DNA of 64,000 nucleotides from an uncultured Flavobacteriales bacterium (GTDB lineage: Bacteria; Bacteroidota; Bacteroidia; Flavobacteriales_D; Parvicellaceae), in the NCBI GenBank assembly GCA_905480225.1, contig CAJQPO010000036.1:4423-68422 (forward strand). Direction: 5' to 3'. This document shows, one piece after another, positions 20,989-30,725 of the stretch. Within the stretch, counting starts at the first letter, position 1. Each line of letters begins with the position of its first letter. The translations under genes and the position numbers were made by a program. The notes under the pieces were generated by a model. The model ran no database searches. It was not told the DNA's origin and was given only the letters and a program-made list of their open reading frames with translations.

Positions 20989-22224
20989 TTAATCAAATTC
21001 TGATTGAAGAATCTTAATTACAGTTCCTATTGTTTCTTCTTCTAAATCTGTTCTTTTCGCCAATTCTTCTGCAGAAATTTCTAACACAGAGCGCGCTGAA
21101 TCACAACCAATCGACTTAAGTTGATCTAAAATCCAGTGATCGATCTCATCTGCAAATTCCTCTAAATCTACATCGTCTATAGCTTCCGTACCTTCTCGGT
21201 AAACATCCAATTCTAATTCAACCAGCTTACTTGCCAATTTAATATTGTGGCCTCCTTTACCTATAGCCAAAGACACTTGATCTGGCTTTAGATATACATC
21301 TGCTCGCTCTTTATCGTTATCAATATCCATGGAAACAATTCTTGCAGGGCTTAAAGCTCTTGTAATTAACAGCTGCATGTTGTTCGTCCAATTAATTACA
21401 TCGATATTTTCGTTTCTCAATTCGCGTACTATTCCATGAATCCTTGAGCCCTTCATTCCAACACAAGCTCCAACCGGATCAATTCGATCGTCATAAGACT
21501 CTACCGCCACTTTCGCCCTCTCTCCTGGTTCCCGCACAATTTTCTTTATCGTTATCAATCCATCAAATACCTCAGGAACTTCCAGCTCGAATAATCGCTC
21601 TAAGAATTCCGGAGCTGTTCTAGACAAAATAATAATAGGGTTATTATTTCTTAAATCAACCTTTAAGACAACGGCTCTAATGCTATCACCCTTTTTGAAG
21701 TAGTCTGTTGGTATTTGCTCAGATTTAGGCATGATTAATTCATTGCCTTCGTCATCCAAAATCAATATCTCTCTCTTCCAAATCTGATAAACTTCACCCG
21801 TAATGATTTCGCCAACTCTTTCTTTGTATTTACGGTATATCTGATCTTTTTCTAACTCTAAAATCCTACCTATCAAATTTTGTCTTAATGAAAGGATGTT
21901 TCTCCTTCCAAAGTCTTCGAATTTAATTTCTTGCGAAACCTCTTCTCCAACTTCAAAATCTGGTTCTATTTCAATCGCAGCCTTGTATGCGATTTGAGTA
22001 TTGGCATCTTCGACCTCACCGTCAAAAACGATCTCCCTGTTCAACCAAATTTCTAAATCTCCTTTGTCTACATTGATGATGACATCAATGTGATCTTCCG
22101 TTCCGTATTTTTTCTTGAGCATTGACCTAAATACATCCTCCAAGATTCTCATCATGGTAGTACGATCAATATTTTTGAATTCTTTAAATTCTGAAAATGA
22201 CTCAATCAAGTTTGCAGTGTTCAT
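20989..22224 (-). CDS. nusA: Transcription termination/antitermination factor NusA
   Basis: S1 and tandem KH regions (GACVGMKGSRI, AIGKGGHNIKLA) in the conserved rimP-nusA-infB order. Confidence 0.95.
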   Translation of the reverse strand: MNTANLIESFSEFKEFKNIDRTTMMRILEDVFRSMLKKKYGTEDHIDVIINVDKGDLEIWLNREIVFDGEVEDANTQIAYKAAIEIEPDFEVGEEVSQEIKFEDFGRRNILSLRQNLIGRILELEKDQIYRKYKERVGEIITGEVYQIWKREILILDDEGNELIMPKSEQIPTDYFKKGDSIRAVVLKVDLRNNNPIIILSRTAPEFLERLFELEVPEVFDGLITIKKIVREPGERAKVAVESYDDRIDPVGACVGMKGSRIHGIVRELRNENIDVINWTNNMQLLITRALSPARIVSMDIDNDKERADVYLKPDQVSLAIGKGGHNIKLASKLVELELDVYREGTEAIDDVDLEEFADEIDHWILDQLKSIGCDSARSVLEISAEELAKRTDLEEETIGTVIKILQSEFD

Positions 22225-22232
22225 TGCATATT

Positions 22233-22709
22233 TTATTTAAATGAAATAACAAGTTTTGTTTGCTTTATATTACTAAAAGGAATTTCGTACTTATTCACGA
22301 CCACTTCCTTTTTTTTTCTTCCTTCAATTTTTTCTTTCGTTTCCTGCTCTACCATTATAAAGTCCTCATTAACCGAGATCAGTTTGCCTTCTTGACTACC
22401 GTGTTCATTTAGCACAACTTTAACTACTCTCCCCACATTCTTAACATATTGCTTGTGCACTTTAAATGGCTGATCCATACCTGCCGATGAAACAGATAAT
22501 TGAAAGTCTTCTTTTTCTCGATCCAAATTATGTTCAATATTACGGCTTACCGACACGCAATCTTGAATGGACACCTTACTCTGTTCAGCATCAAGAAACA
22601 ATTTAATATCATTAGTACTTGAGATTGCAATATCTACGATGAACAAACCCTTATCAAGTTCATTTATTCGTTCCTCTGCTAATGCTATTACTGTCTTTTT
22701 ATCTATCAC
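22233..22709 (-). CDS. rimP: Ribosome maturation factor RimP
   Basis: 158 aa, immediately upstream of nusA with an 8-nt spacer. Size and position are typical of RimP. Confidence 0.8.
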   Translation of the reverse strand: MIDKKTVIALAEERINELDKGLFIVDIAISSTNDIKLFLDAEQSKVSIQDCVSVSRNIEHNLDREKEDFQLSVSSAGMDQPFKVHKQYVKNVGRVVKVVLNEHGSQEGKLISVNEDFIMVEQETKEKIEGRKKKEVVVNKYEIPFSNIKQTKLVISFK

Positions 22710-22740
22710 AGGCTTATCAAATAATCGTTATTTATTGGTA

Positions 22741-22764
22741 CAAAAAAGGGGGACTTTCGTCCCC
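22741..22764 (-). terminator. Rho-independent terminator downstream of the MORN-repeat gene
   Basis: Minus strand reads GGGGAC-GAAA-GTCCCC followed by CTTTTTTG. It lies 60 nt after the stop at 22825. Confidence 0.65.
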
Positions 22765-22824
22765 ACTCATTTTCAATTCAATATTTGATTGCACAAATAT
22801 ACACAATAATATTTTTATTCCAAA

Positions 22825-24570
22825 TTACCTTGCTTTAAGCGTTGATTGTCCACGCTCAACAATGACCTTTTCAAGATTTCCGTTTTTATAAGCCGCATGA
22901 TAGATTACTTTGTTCCTTTTTCCATAAATAATCATAGGGCCGTGTCGTTTATTACTCTTGTAGCTTGTTTCTGAAAGCTTTTTACCTCTTCTTGAATATT
23001 GCGTGGTTTTACCGTTTAGATTTCCATTTTTGAATTCGTTTTCATAAGCAACGATAATGCCGCCAGGATAATAATGTTGCCATTTACCTTCTTTAACACC
23101 CATTTTATACGAACCTGAAGCTACTTTAGCTCCGTCGACTTGACTGAAGGAAATCCATAAACCATCTTTATAGCTGCCTTCAGAAAATCTTTCATTTTCG
23201 GTAATGAGGGCTTCCATTTCACTCTTTTTTCTTATGATTTTCCAACCTCCTTGGTCTCTCAATTTACCGTCGTCAAAAAAATAAGTCCAGTTACCTGTTT
23301 TCATGTCGCGCTCATACGACCCTTGATAAGAAACCTGACCGTTTGGATACCATCCTTTCCATTGACCATCCATCGCTCCATTTTGGAAATAACCTTCATC
23401 TTTTTCGCTCCCACTTTCATACCAACTGTTCCATTTTCCTTCCTCCATACCATCCAGATACGTCCCTTTTTGAAGCTCATTTCCATTTTCAAACCAAGTA
23501 AGCCAATTTCCTTGTTTCAAGTCATTTTTATAATCCCCTGTCTTCCATTTAGATCCATCTTTATAAAAATAATTCCAAGTGCCTGTTTTTAACCCTTTCG
23601 CAAATAAACCAGTATAATGTACATTCCCATTGGGGTAATAGTAAGTCCATTTCCCCTCTTGTATGTCTTGATCAAAATCACCTTCCATGTCTTTTTGACC
23701 TGTTTTGTCCCGCCAAATCCAATGGCCCACTTTTTTACCCATTTTCCATTCACCCTCTCTCAAAACAATACCACTTTTAAAATATGCTTTGTATTCTCCA
23801 TGAAGCAAGTCATTCTTGAAGTATGCTTCTCGATCTAATGCCCCTCCATCCACAAAGTAGAATTTCCATTTGCCCGTCTTTTTTCCATTTAAATGTGTTC
23901 CAATTACCCTTGGTTTTCCTGCTGGATTGTATTTTTCGTAGGCACCTGTCATCAATCCGTTCACATAGGTAGTTTGTTCATTAATCCTGAGTTCGCTGTA
24001 ATGCGACTTCAAAATTCCGTTACCATTTTCAATGAGCTGCTGACCATCTTCAGACCAATAATTCCATAAATACTTTATCGAATCTTTGTACTCAAAATGT
24101 TCTTTCTTTTGATGCGTAGAAAGCTGATCTGAAGGCCTATACCAAACTGTCCAAACCCCTACTTCTTCGCCCATTTCATAATGCCCTTCTTCTGCCTTAC
24201 TCCCGTCATTGAAGAAAGCACGATAGGTACTGTCTTGTAAATCCCATTTAAACCAGCCGTCTTGCTGAATTTTTCCATTTTCATAAAAGCGAGTTACTTT
24301 TCCATTCAAGTAGCCACGATCGTAAATTGCGATTTCTTCTTTATTCCCATTTTTATAATAGAACGTCCAACGGCCCTGTTTCGATCCAATGTCATTCCAT
24401 CCTTTATTGTTGAGATAGCCCGCACTTCGCACCTGAGTACTGTCAAAATCCCAGTAGGTTAGTACTTTCTCCTTCCCAAGTAATCCATTTATTGAACTAG
24501 AATATTCTTCGTTTTGCCCATGAGCTAATGAACTAAGCGAAACGATACAAATAAGTAATAATTGCTTCAT
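22825..24570 (-). CDS. MORN/YwqK-type repeat protein (secreted)
   Basis: The start is reassigned to the ATG at 24570 (MKQLLLICIVSLSSLAHGQ signal peptide). It carries about 20 copies of a G.W..YY.NG....G.Y..G...G.W repeat. Confidence 0.7.
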   Translation of the reverse strand: MKQLLLICIVSLSSLAHGQNEEYSSSINGLLGKEKVLTYWDFDSTQVRSAGYLNNKGWNDIGSKQGRWTFYYKNGNKEEIAIYDRGYLNGKVTRFYENGKIQQDGWFKWDLQDSTYRAFFNDGSKAEEGHYEMGEEVGVWTVWYRPSDQLSTHQKKEHFEYKDSIKYLWNYWSEDGQQLIENGNGILKSHYSELRINEQTTYVNGLMTGAYEKYNPAGKPRVIGTHLNGKKTGKWKFYFVDGGALDREAYFKNDLLHGEYKAYFKSGIVLREGEWKMGKKVGHWIWRDKTGQKDMEGDFDQDIQEGKWTYYYPNGNVHYTGLFAKGLKTGTWNYFYKDGSKWKTGDYKNDLKQGNWLTWFENGNELQKGTYLDGMEEGKWNSWYESGSEKDEGYFQNGAMDGQWKGWYPNGQVSYQGSYERDMKTGNWTYFFDDGKLRDQGGWKIIRKKSEMEALITENERFSEGSYKDGLWISFSQVDGAKVASGSYKMGVKEGKWQHYYPGGIIVAYENEFKNGNLNGKTTQYSRRGKKLSETSYKSNKRHGPMIIYGKRNKVIYHAAYKNGNLEKVIVERGQSTLKAR

Positions 24571-24736
24571 TGAAATTTTCAATTCTATCCAGTTGCTAAA
24601 GTAGCAACAGAAAACATACGCCAGTGATTTTGATTTATAACCTTTTAACATTGCAACGTTACAATGTCTAATGCACCCGGTTAAAATATGAAGTTCCGCA
24701 CTTTTGAATGGATTAAATGATCTTTTTAAACAAGAT

Positions 24737-27505
24737 TCAGTGTAAAATCTGATCATAGAACACTTGATGCAGCCTTGCCCTAATTTGCATCGTATTGATT
24801 TTATTGTTTAATGGATCTGGATACACCCGATTGCTACAGAATACAAAAATGAATTCGTTCTCAGGATCTATCCAGGTGCAAATACCAGTGAAACCAGTGT
24901 GCCCGTAGGATGAGACCGGACAATCTGATGATCGGGTACTAGAGCTTTCACTTGTCGGCTTGTCAAATCCGAGACCTCTATGACTTTGTTGTTGTCGCCC
25001 TGTAAATAATTTTACCGTAGACTCTTCAATGAATCGGTGTCCGCCATAAGTTCCTCCATTAAGAAGCATCTGACAAAACACACCGAGATCTGTAGCAGCG
25101 CCGAATATACCAGCATTACCCGCTTCACCTCCAAATAATGCAGCCGTAGGGTCGTGCACAAAACCCTTAAGAATACTCCCTCGCCAGTATGAATCATACT
25201 CTGTTGGAGCAATCCCATTGATTATGGAATCCGTATTTTGTAATGGAAAATAACCCAATGTGCTTAATCCCATTGGCCGGTAAAAGACACTGTCAACAAA
25301 ATTTGAAAATGTAGTCGCGTTCAATTTACTTTTCATAATGCTGTACAACATATTCATATTGATATCGCTGTACTTATATAATTTTGCTGAATCAAGTCTA
25401 GCCGCATTCATCATCAACCAAAGTGTATCCAAATAATTACGATCTAAGAAAAAATTCTCAGCTACGGGAACAGTGTATGTTTCATTTTCTTTGTCGCAAT
25501 AAAAAGCATCCCACCGTCCAATTGAGTCATGCTGATACTCTATAAAAGGCTTCAGTCTCAAACCTGAGGGAGCACCAGATTTATGCAAAAGCAATTCTTT
25601 AAAAGTGATGTCTTTAAAAGCACTAGGACGGTGGAGTATTCGTGTTAGCGAATCCGGCAAGTATTGTCCTATAGAATCCATTAAATGCAACAGTCCTTTA
25701 TCGTGAAAATGCATGAATGCAGGTGTTGTCGCTATAATTTTTGTAATCGATGCAAGGTCATAAATGTCGTGATTTGTAACCGGTTCTATCTTTTCATACG
25801 TTAAGTGCCCAAAAGATTGATTATAGATTATTTTACCACTTTTTATCGCCATAATTTGACAACCAGGCGCAGCTCCTGAAAATATCATCTCTCTAACAAT
25901 CCGACGGATTTTCGAAAGCGAATCAGAGCTTATTCCAGCTTCCTCGGGCAAACTTTGCTCTAACCTAATTTTTTCTGATTTCAAGCTGTGGCCAGCTAAA
26001 AATTTACCGTATGTTTTTGGCAGACATCCTGTTATTGCTATTCCGCCATATATTGCTTCCATCAAGTTAGCAGAACTACTTACGCTTTGATTAAAAACCT
26101 GTATAACTGTTGAAAGACTGTCTAATAAGATTAAATTTTTTGGATGATTGATGTTGACAACGACAAGCTCTTTGCTTTGATCCATTTTTAACAGTACTGA
26201 CAGGTCTTTTAAATGCTGATTATCTAGCTCCTCATGGATTGCAACTACAAGGTTTTCAAATCGACTGAAAGGGCTTAGTTTGAGCTTATTTCTGCCGACT
26301 TTTCTAACCTCAGCTTTTTGATAATTGTTGGCCCATTTTGTAAATGAATTTCTTGCAGGATGGCCATAGTTGATAAAACATGCTTTTCGATTAATATCTA
26401 TAAGGGGAATCCGATTCTGATTGTTGTTGACCAAAACAATCGACTGTTTAATCAGCTGCTCCTCCATGCCAACCAAAGCGACTTTAAATGCCTGATTAAA
26501 TTCACCAGAGGATTCTACTTGTGTCTCTTTGTTCATCCATGTTTTTGCAATCAAAATTTTTCTTACTCTAGCGTTAATCTCGTCCAAACTGACAACTTGG
26601 TCTTTTACTTTTTGAACCAGATCTTTTATAAACTTATTAATCAAGTTCGAATCTTCAATTGAAACTTGAATTAAGTCTGCACCACGCAGAAATACACGCA
26701 TTAACTCATTAGAGTCTGTGATTTCCGAATTACTCCAGACACCTAGTCCTCTGTAATCCAACCTCTCACTAGAGAACTTCTTGTGCTCAAGGAAAGGTTT
26801 TTTTTGCGCTTTAGGATTCGAAAAAAGAACATTTAACAAACCTGAATCAAGCAACGATAAAAGAGTTGAATTAGCTACTTGCTCATCAGGAGCCATTTGA
26901 GGTGAACCATTTGGAAAAAAATAAGGCTCCGAAACGTGTACAATTTTATTGAGGTAGTTGACTCGGTGTCTTTTTAACTGAACATAGGCATGGCGTTCTT
27001 GAAAATCTATTAGCGGGTTGAAACTCTTTTTATCATTAACATTTGTTGAAATTGAAAAGTTAACGCCCAAAAATGATTTAAGTTTTGATTCTAAAAACAG
27101 CAGACTGTCTAATGTTGTTTGGTCAAGCGTAAAGCCATTAACCAATTGATTGTCTTTTGGAAGTAATCCTGCAAAATCAAACTGCTCGGTGCTGATGAAC
27201 ATGGGAACCTTTAATCCTCTGTTTAATTTTGAATACATTAAAACATTTTCAACTTTGCCATCCAGCATAACGCCTGCATAATTTTTTTGAACCAAAAGAC
27301 TGTCAAAATAATTCGCTTTAATTAAAAATAGTTGCCTTATTTTATCCTGAAGTGGTAAGGTGATTAACATCGAATCAGCCCAAGCAGGGTCTACATCATA
27401 ATGTTCAATTCTTTTTTCAAAAATTTCTGGCAATTCGGTCTGTTCACAAGACCATCCCAAAAGAATTGTTGCTAAAAAAAGAAACCTTGAAAAAGACATA
27501 AACAA
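24737..27505 (-). CDS. Fusion protein: GH3-like N-terminal module plus C-terminal serine hydrolase (beta-lactamase/PBP4* family)
   Basis: The C-terminal half has SxxK (LASITKI), YSDIN and HTGFTG motifs. The N-terminal half has the layout of NagZ-type GH3 fusions (WADSMLITLPLQDKIRQLF...) but lacks a clear KHFPGHG motif. Confidence 0.65.
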   Translation of the reverse strand: MFMSFSRFLFLATILLGWSCEQTELPEIFEKRIEHYDVDPAWADSMLITLPLQDKIRQLFLIKANYFDSLLVQKNYAGVMLDGKVENVLMYSKLNRGLKVPMFISTEQFDFAGLLPKDNQLVNGFTLDQTTLDSLLFLESKLKSFLGVNFSISTNVNDKKSFNPLIDFQERHAYVQLKRHRVNYLNKIVHVSEPYFFPNGSPQMAPDEQVANSTLLSLLDSGLLNVLFSNPKAQKKPFLEHKKFSSERLDYRGLGVWSNSEITDSNELMRVFLRGADLIQVSIEDSNLINKFIKDLVQKVKDQVVSLDEINARVRKILIAKTWMNKETQVESSGEFNQAFKVALVGMEEQLIKQSIVLVNNNQNRIPLIDINRKACFINYGHPARNSFTKWANNYQKAEVRKVGRNKLKLSPFSRFENLVVAIHEELDNQHLKDLSVLLKMDQSKELVVVNINHPKNLILLDSLSTVIQVFNQSVSSSANLMEAIYGGIAITGCLPKTYGKFLAGHSLKSEKIRLEQSLPEEAGISSDSLSKIRRIVREMIFSGAAPGCQIMAIKSGKIIYNQSFGHLTYEKIEPVTNHDIYDLASITKIIATTPAFMHFHDKGLLHLMDSIGQYLPDSLTRILHRPSAFKDITFKELLLHKSGAPSGLRLKPFIEYQHDSIGRWDAFYCDKENETYTVPVAENFFLDRNYLDTLWLMMNAARLDSAKLYKYSDINMNMLYSIMKSKLNATTFSNFVDSVFYRPMGLSTLGYFPLQNTDSIINGIAPTEYDSYWRGSILKGFVHDPTAALFGGEAGNAGIFGAATDLGVFCQMLLNGGTYGGHRFIEESTVKLFTGRQQQSHRGLGFDKPTSESSSTRSSDCPVSSYGHTGFTGICTWIDPENEFIFVFCSNRVYPDPLNNKINTMQIRARLHQVFYDQILH

Positions 27506-27817
27506 ATTTAGGAGTATTCAGGGAAGTGCAATAACCCCTTTCGCTTATTTATTCTTCTCATGAGAATTGCGTGATATAAAGATCTATTATCGTTCATTTT
27601 GAAGTGAGTGGAGTAATGGTCCGATTCGATACCAATTAATATTTAGTGAGCTTATTATCACTTAGACTAAAAATGCATCATAACCTCCCATAACAATGCT
27701 TAATCATTAAATATCAATTAGTTAACACAATGTTGAAACCATTTGACCTCTGTTTCGTTAACTTAGCATTAGTTTTAACGCATGTATCTCATTACATGTT
27801 GATTACGACGACAAACT

Positions 27818-28540
27818 ATGAGTAAATTTGTGAATATTGCGATTATAGGGGATTATAACTTTAAAATTAAAAGTCATAATCAAACGAATGCTGTGTTCAG
27901 ACATTGTGAAGATCACTTTGAATTCGGAATCAATACTTTCTGGATCAATTCCTCTGAGCTTAAAGATAACATCGATGATAAGTTGAAAAAATACAGCGCT
28001 GTTTATTTGGCTAATGGTCCCTATAAGCATCCTTATGCTATTTTAAAAGCAATCAAGCAGATTCGAGAGGCTAATATTCCTTTCTTGGCAACCGATAAAA
28101 CCTATAAGTTTGTTTTGATTGATTTGTTTGAACATGTCATCGGTTTTAGAGCGATTAAACCGGATGTTGACATGCAAAATCAAAAGCTAAACATTCATAA
28201 TCTAGTAGAACAAAAATTAGTTTACTTTGATGAAGGCAGTCAAATTTACGATTGCTATGGCAGACGTACGAGTTTTGAATATACTTCCGAAGCTTTTCAA
28301 TTAGATCCAAACTTTGCTCATAATTTAAAAGAAAAAGGAGTAAACTTTAGCGGCTCGGATGATCAACAATTCATACAAGCCATGGAATATGCAAATAACA
28401 GCTTTTTTATTTCAACCATGTTCAACCCAATATTAAGTTCTACTGTAGCTATGCCTCATCCGCTATTAACTGGTCTTATTCACTTTGCTATGGAAACAAA
28501 AAAAAAGGAGACCGAAGCTGATTTCGCACATGTGGGATAA
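27818..28540 (+). CDS. Standalone class-I glutamine amidotransferase-like protein (CTP-synthase C-terminal-domain-like) lacking the catalytic triad
   Basis: By-eye colinearity with the PyrG GATase domain: VNIAIIGDY / [32 protein letters not shown] / [35 protein letters not shown]..PHPLL / FVACQFHPEFTS..GHPLF. Confidence 0.5.
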   Translation: [240 protein letters not shown]

Positions 28541-28553
28541 TTTCTTTCAAACT

Positions 28554-29021
28554 TCAAGGTAGCTCGCCATACAACTCCTTCAATACTTCCTTTCTAAAGT
28601 CAAAAATTTTATTGAGACTCCTCTTGATAACAACAACATTCATAAACCCGCCCAGAATTCCCAATGGCGGCTGATAAGTGATGATATCCTCCATTAAAAC
28701 ACCGTTTTCAATAGCGCTTATTTTATGTTGATGGTGCCAAAACTTATAAGGTCCTATTCGCTGTTCATCAATAAAAAACTTTTTTTCCTCCACCTGAGAA
28801 ATTTCGGTCACCCAATTCATTTTTATTCCCAATAGAGGACTTACTTTATAGGTAATAATCATACCAGCATACATAGCTGCTGCGCCATTTCCAGAAGTGA
28901 TGTCAAATCCCATTTCTGGAGGTGTAATTCTTTTTAAATTACTTGGATTTGAGATGAAATCCCAGATTTCGTCTATACTTACTGCAATTTTTTGCTTTTT
29001 ATGTAATTGATAATGCGGCAT
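28554..29021 (-). CDS. SRPBCC (START/Bet v1-like) family protein
   Basis: The start is reassigned to the ATG at 29021 (MPHYQLHKKQKIAVSIDEIWDFISNP...), 14 nt after the SDR stop. GPYKFWHHQH is typical of this SRPBCC subgroup. Confidence 0.6.
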   Translation of the reverse strand: MPHYQLHKKQKIAVSIDEIWDFISNPSNLKRITPPEMGFDITSGNGAAAMYAGMIITYKVSPLLGIKMNWVTEISQVEEKKFFIDEQRIGPYKFWHHQHKISAIENGVLMEDIITYQPPLGILGGFMNVVVIKRSLNKIFDFRKEVLKELYGELP

Positions 29022-29035
29022 CTTTCTATCGTTAT

Positions 29036-29734
29036 TTAAGATTTTAATCGAGACATGCCACCATCTACAGGCAACACCTGTCCTGTTATCCAACTGGATT
29101 TTTCAGACAACAAAAATTCTACCATTTGGGCAATATCCTGTGCTGTACCAATTCTTTTTAGTGGGTGCCTTTCAGCATTCGCTACTCTCTTCTCGTCACT
29201 ACTTAATAACTTGCTCGCCAAAGGCGTATCTAATAGAGACGGTGCAATACTGTTCACTCTTATGCGTGGAGCTAGTTCTGCTGATAGTGCTTTGGTTAAC
29301 CCTTCTATGGCTCCTTTCGATACTGAAACTTGACTATGGAAATTAAATCCATATTGGGCAGCTACTGAGGAAAACAATACAATAGAGCTAATTTCTGCAG
29401 TTTTTAATTTTGCCAAGACGGCTTGAATGACTTTAATAGCCCCTAAAACTTGTAATTCCAAGTCCTCCAGAAAATCTGCTGGTTTTATTCTTGAAAATGG
29501 TTTAAGATTAATGCTCCCTGGACAATAAACCAAACCATCAATCGCGTCTGGCAAGAAGGAAAGATCCAAATCCGTATCGAGGACATCTAGCTGATGAAAA
29601 GAAGTGGTTGCACTGGTTGTAACCACTTCGTTTTGATTAAAGGTGGAGTAAACCACATAATTGTTTTTTTGCAAAAGCTCTACTGTTGCAGCACCCACAC
29701 CCGAGGAACCGCCAATAATTAGGACATTTTTCAT
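29036..29734 (-). CDS. Short-chain dehydrogenase/reductase family protein (atypical active site)
   Basis: Rossmann motif IIGGSSGVGAA and IRVNSIAPS. The position of the catalytic Tyr reads Val (SQVSVSKGA versus the usual YxxSK). Confidence 0.75.
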   Translation of the reverse strand: MKNVLIIGGSSGVGAATVELLQKNNYVVYSTFNQNEVVTTSATTSFHQLDVLDTDLDLSFLPDAIDGLVYCPGSINLKPFSRIKPADFLEDLELQVLGAIKVIQAVLAKLKTAEISSIVLFSSVAAQYGFNFHSQVSVSKGAIEGLTKALSAELAPRIRVNSIAPSLLDTPLASKLLSSDEKRVANAERHPLKRIGTAQDIAQMVEFLLSEKSSWITGQVLPVDGGMSRLKS

Positions 29735-29785
29735 ACCCTATAAACAAGATACCCTCTAAATTGTTTGAGGGTCTAACATTCTCTT

Positions 29786-30724
29786 TTAAAAAGGTAATTT
29801 ATTTAAATCAACATTTCCGCCAGAGACAATTACACCTATTCTTTTATTTTTAAATCGATCTTTGTGCTTGTAGAGTGCGGCAATAGGAACGGCAGAAGAT
29901 GGCTCAATAATAATTTTCATTCGTTCCCAAATTAAGCGCATCGCATCTATGATCTCTTGCTCACTGACTAAATAAATTGCTTCTACTAGTTCCTTTATTA
30001 TCGGAAAATTTACATCTCCCAAGGAAGTTCTGAGACCGTCTGCAATCGTTTTTGGATTTTCAACAGGAACAATTTGCCCAGCCATAAGTGATTGGAAAGC
30101 ATCATCTGCACCTTCGGGTTCACCGCCCAAAATAGATGTTTTCTCCCCAAAATGAAAAGCTGCGAGTGCAGTGCCTGCAAGTAGGCCACCACCACCAACA
30201 GGAGTAAAAATAGCATCTAAAGGATCCACTTGCTCCATGAGTTCCATAGCAGCTGTTGCATTTCCATTAATCACTTCAATTTGATTAGATGGGTGTAAAA
30301 AAACAGAACCTGTCTCCTCCTGAACTTTTGCAGCCGCTTGCTCTCGAGCTTCCTGTGTTGGAGCACAATCTATAACCGCAGCACCGTAACCCAAAACAGC
30401 TTTCTTTTTAATTTCCGGCGCACTAGTTGGCATAACAATCGTTGCCTTCGTTCCAGTTTTCTTTGCGGCCAAAGCAACTGCTTGCGCAAAGTTACCTGAA
30501 CTGTGAGTTACTACGCCCAGATCCCTTTCCTTGATAGATAAGGATAGAATAGCATTAGTTGCGCCTCTCATTTTAAAAGCGCCCATTTTTTGAAAATTTT
30601 CACACTTCAAATAAATACTTGCACCAAAAATTTCATTTATACTTTCCGAAGTTAAAACTGGTGTTTGGTGAACGTAGCCAGAAATGCGTTTTGCAGTATC
30701 GATAAGTTCTTGTTGTGTAGTCAT
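29786..30724 (-). CDS. PLP-dependent serine/threonine dehydratase / serine-racemase-family enzyme
   Basis: PLP-lysine motif FKMRGA, HSSGNFAQAVA, and the glycine loop PVGGGGLLAG. 312 aa with no ACT regulatory domain. Confidence 0.85.
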   Translation of the reverse strand: MTTQQELIDTAKRISGYVHQTPVLTSESINEIFGASIYLKCENFQKMGAFKMRGATNAILSLSIKERDLGVVTHSSGNFAQAVALAAKKTGTKATIVMPTSAPEIKKKAVLGYGAAVIDCAPTQEAREQAAAKVQEETGSVFLHPSNQIEVINGNATAAMELMEQVDPLDAIFTPVGGGGLLAGTALAAFHFGEKTSILGGEPEGADDAFQSLMAGQIVPVENPKTIADGLRTSLGDVNFPIIKELVEAIYLVSEQEIIDAMRLIWERMKIIIEPSSAVPIAALYKHKDRFKNKRIGVIVSGGNVDLNKLPF

Positions 30725-30725
30725 T

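Noticed and set aside
20969-20989. Hairpin GCGGA-ATG-TCCGC followed by CATTTTTT just past the nusA stop
   Set aside because: The T-run is on the plus strand, where nothing is transcribed into it. On the minus strand (nusA-infB direction) no T-run follows, so it is unlikely to be a terminator. It may be fortuitous.
24571-24756. N-terminal extensions offered by the ORF track (22825..24756, 36202..39225, 17686..18234, 28554..29093, 30726..31274, 46786..48060)
   Set aside because: In each case an internal ATG gives a canonical signal peptide or family N-terminus and removes the overlap with the upstream gene. The extensions have odd composition (Cys/Trp/His-rich).
29751-29772. Hairpin ACCCTC-10 nt-GAGGGT between the PLP enzyme and SDR genes as a terminator feature
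   Set aside because: It has only a 6-bp stem with a 10-nt loop and a weak, interrupted T-tract on the minus strand. It is mentioned within the operon finding but is not strong enough to annotate.
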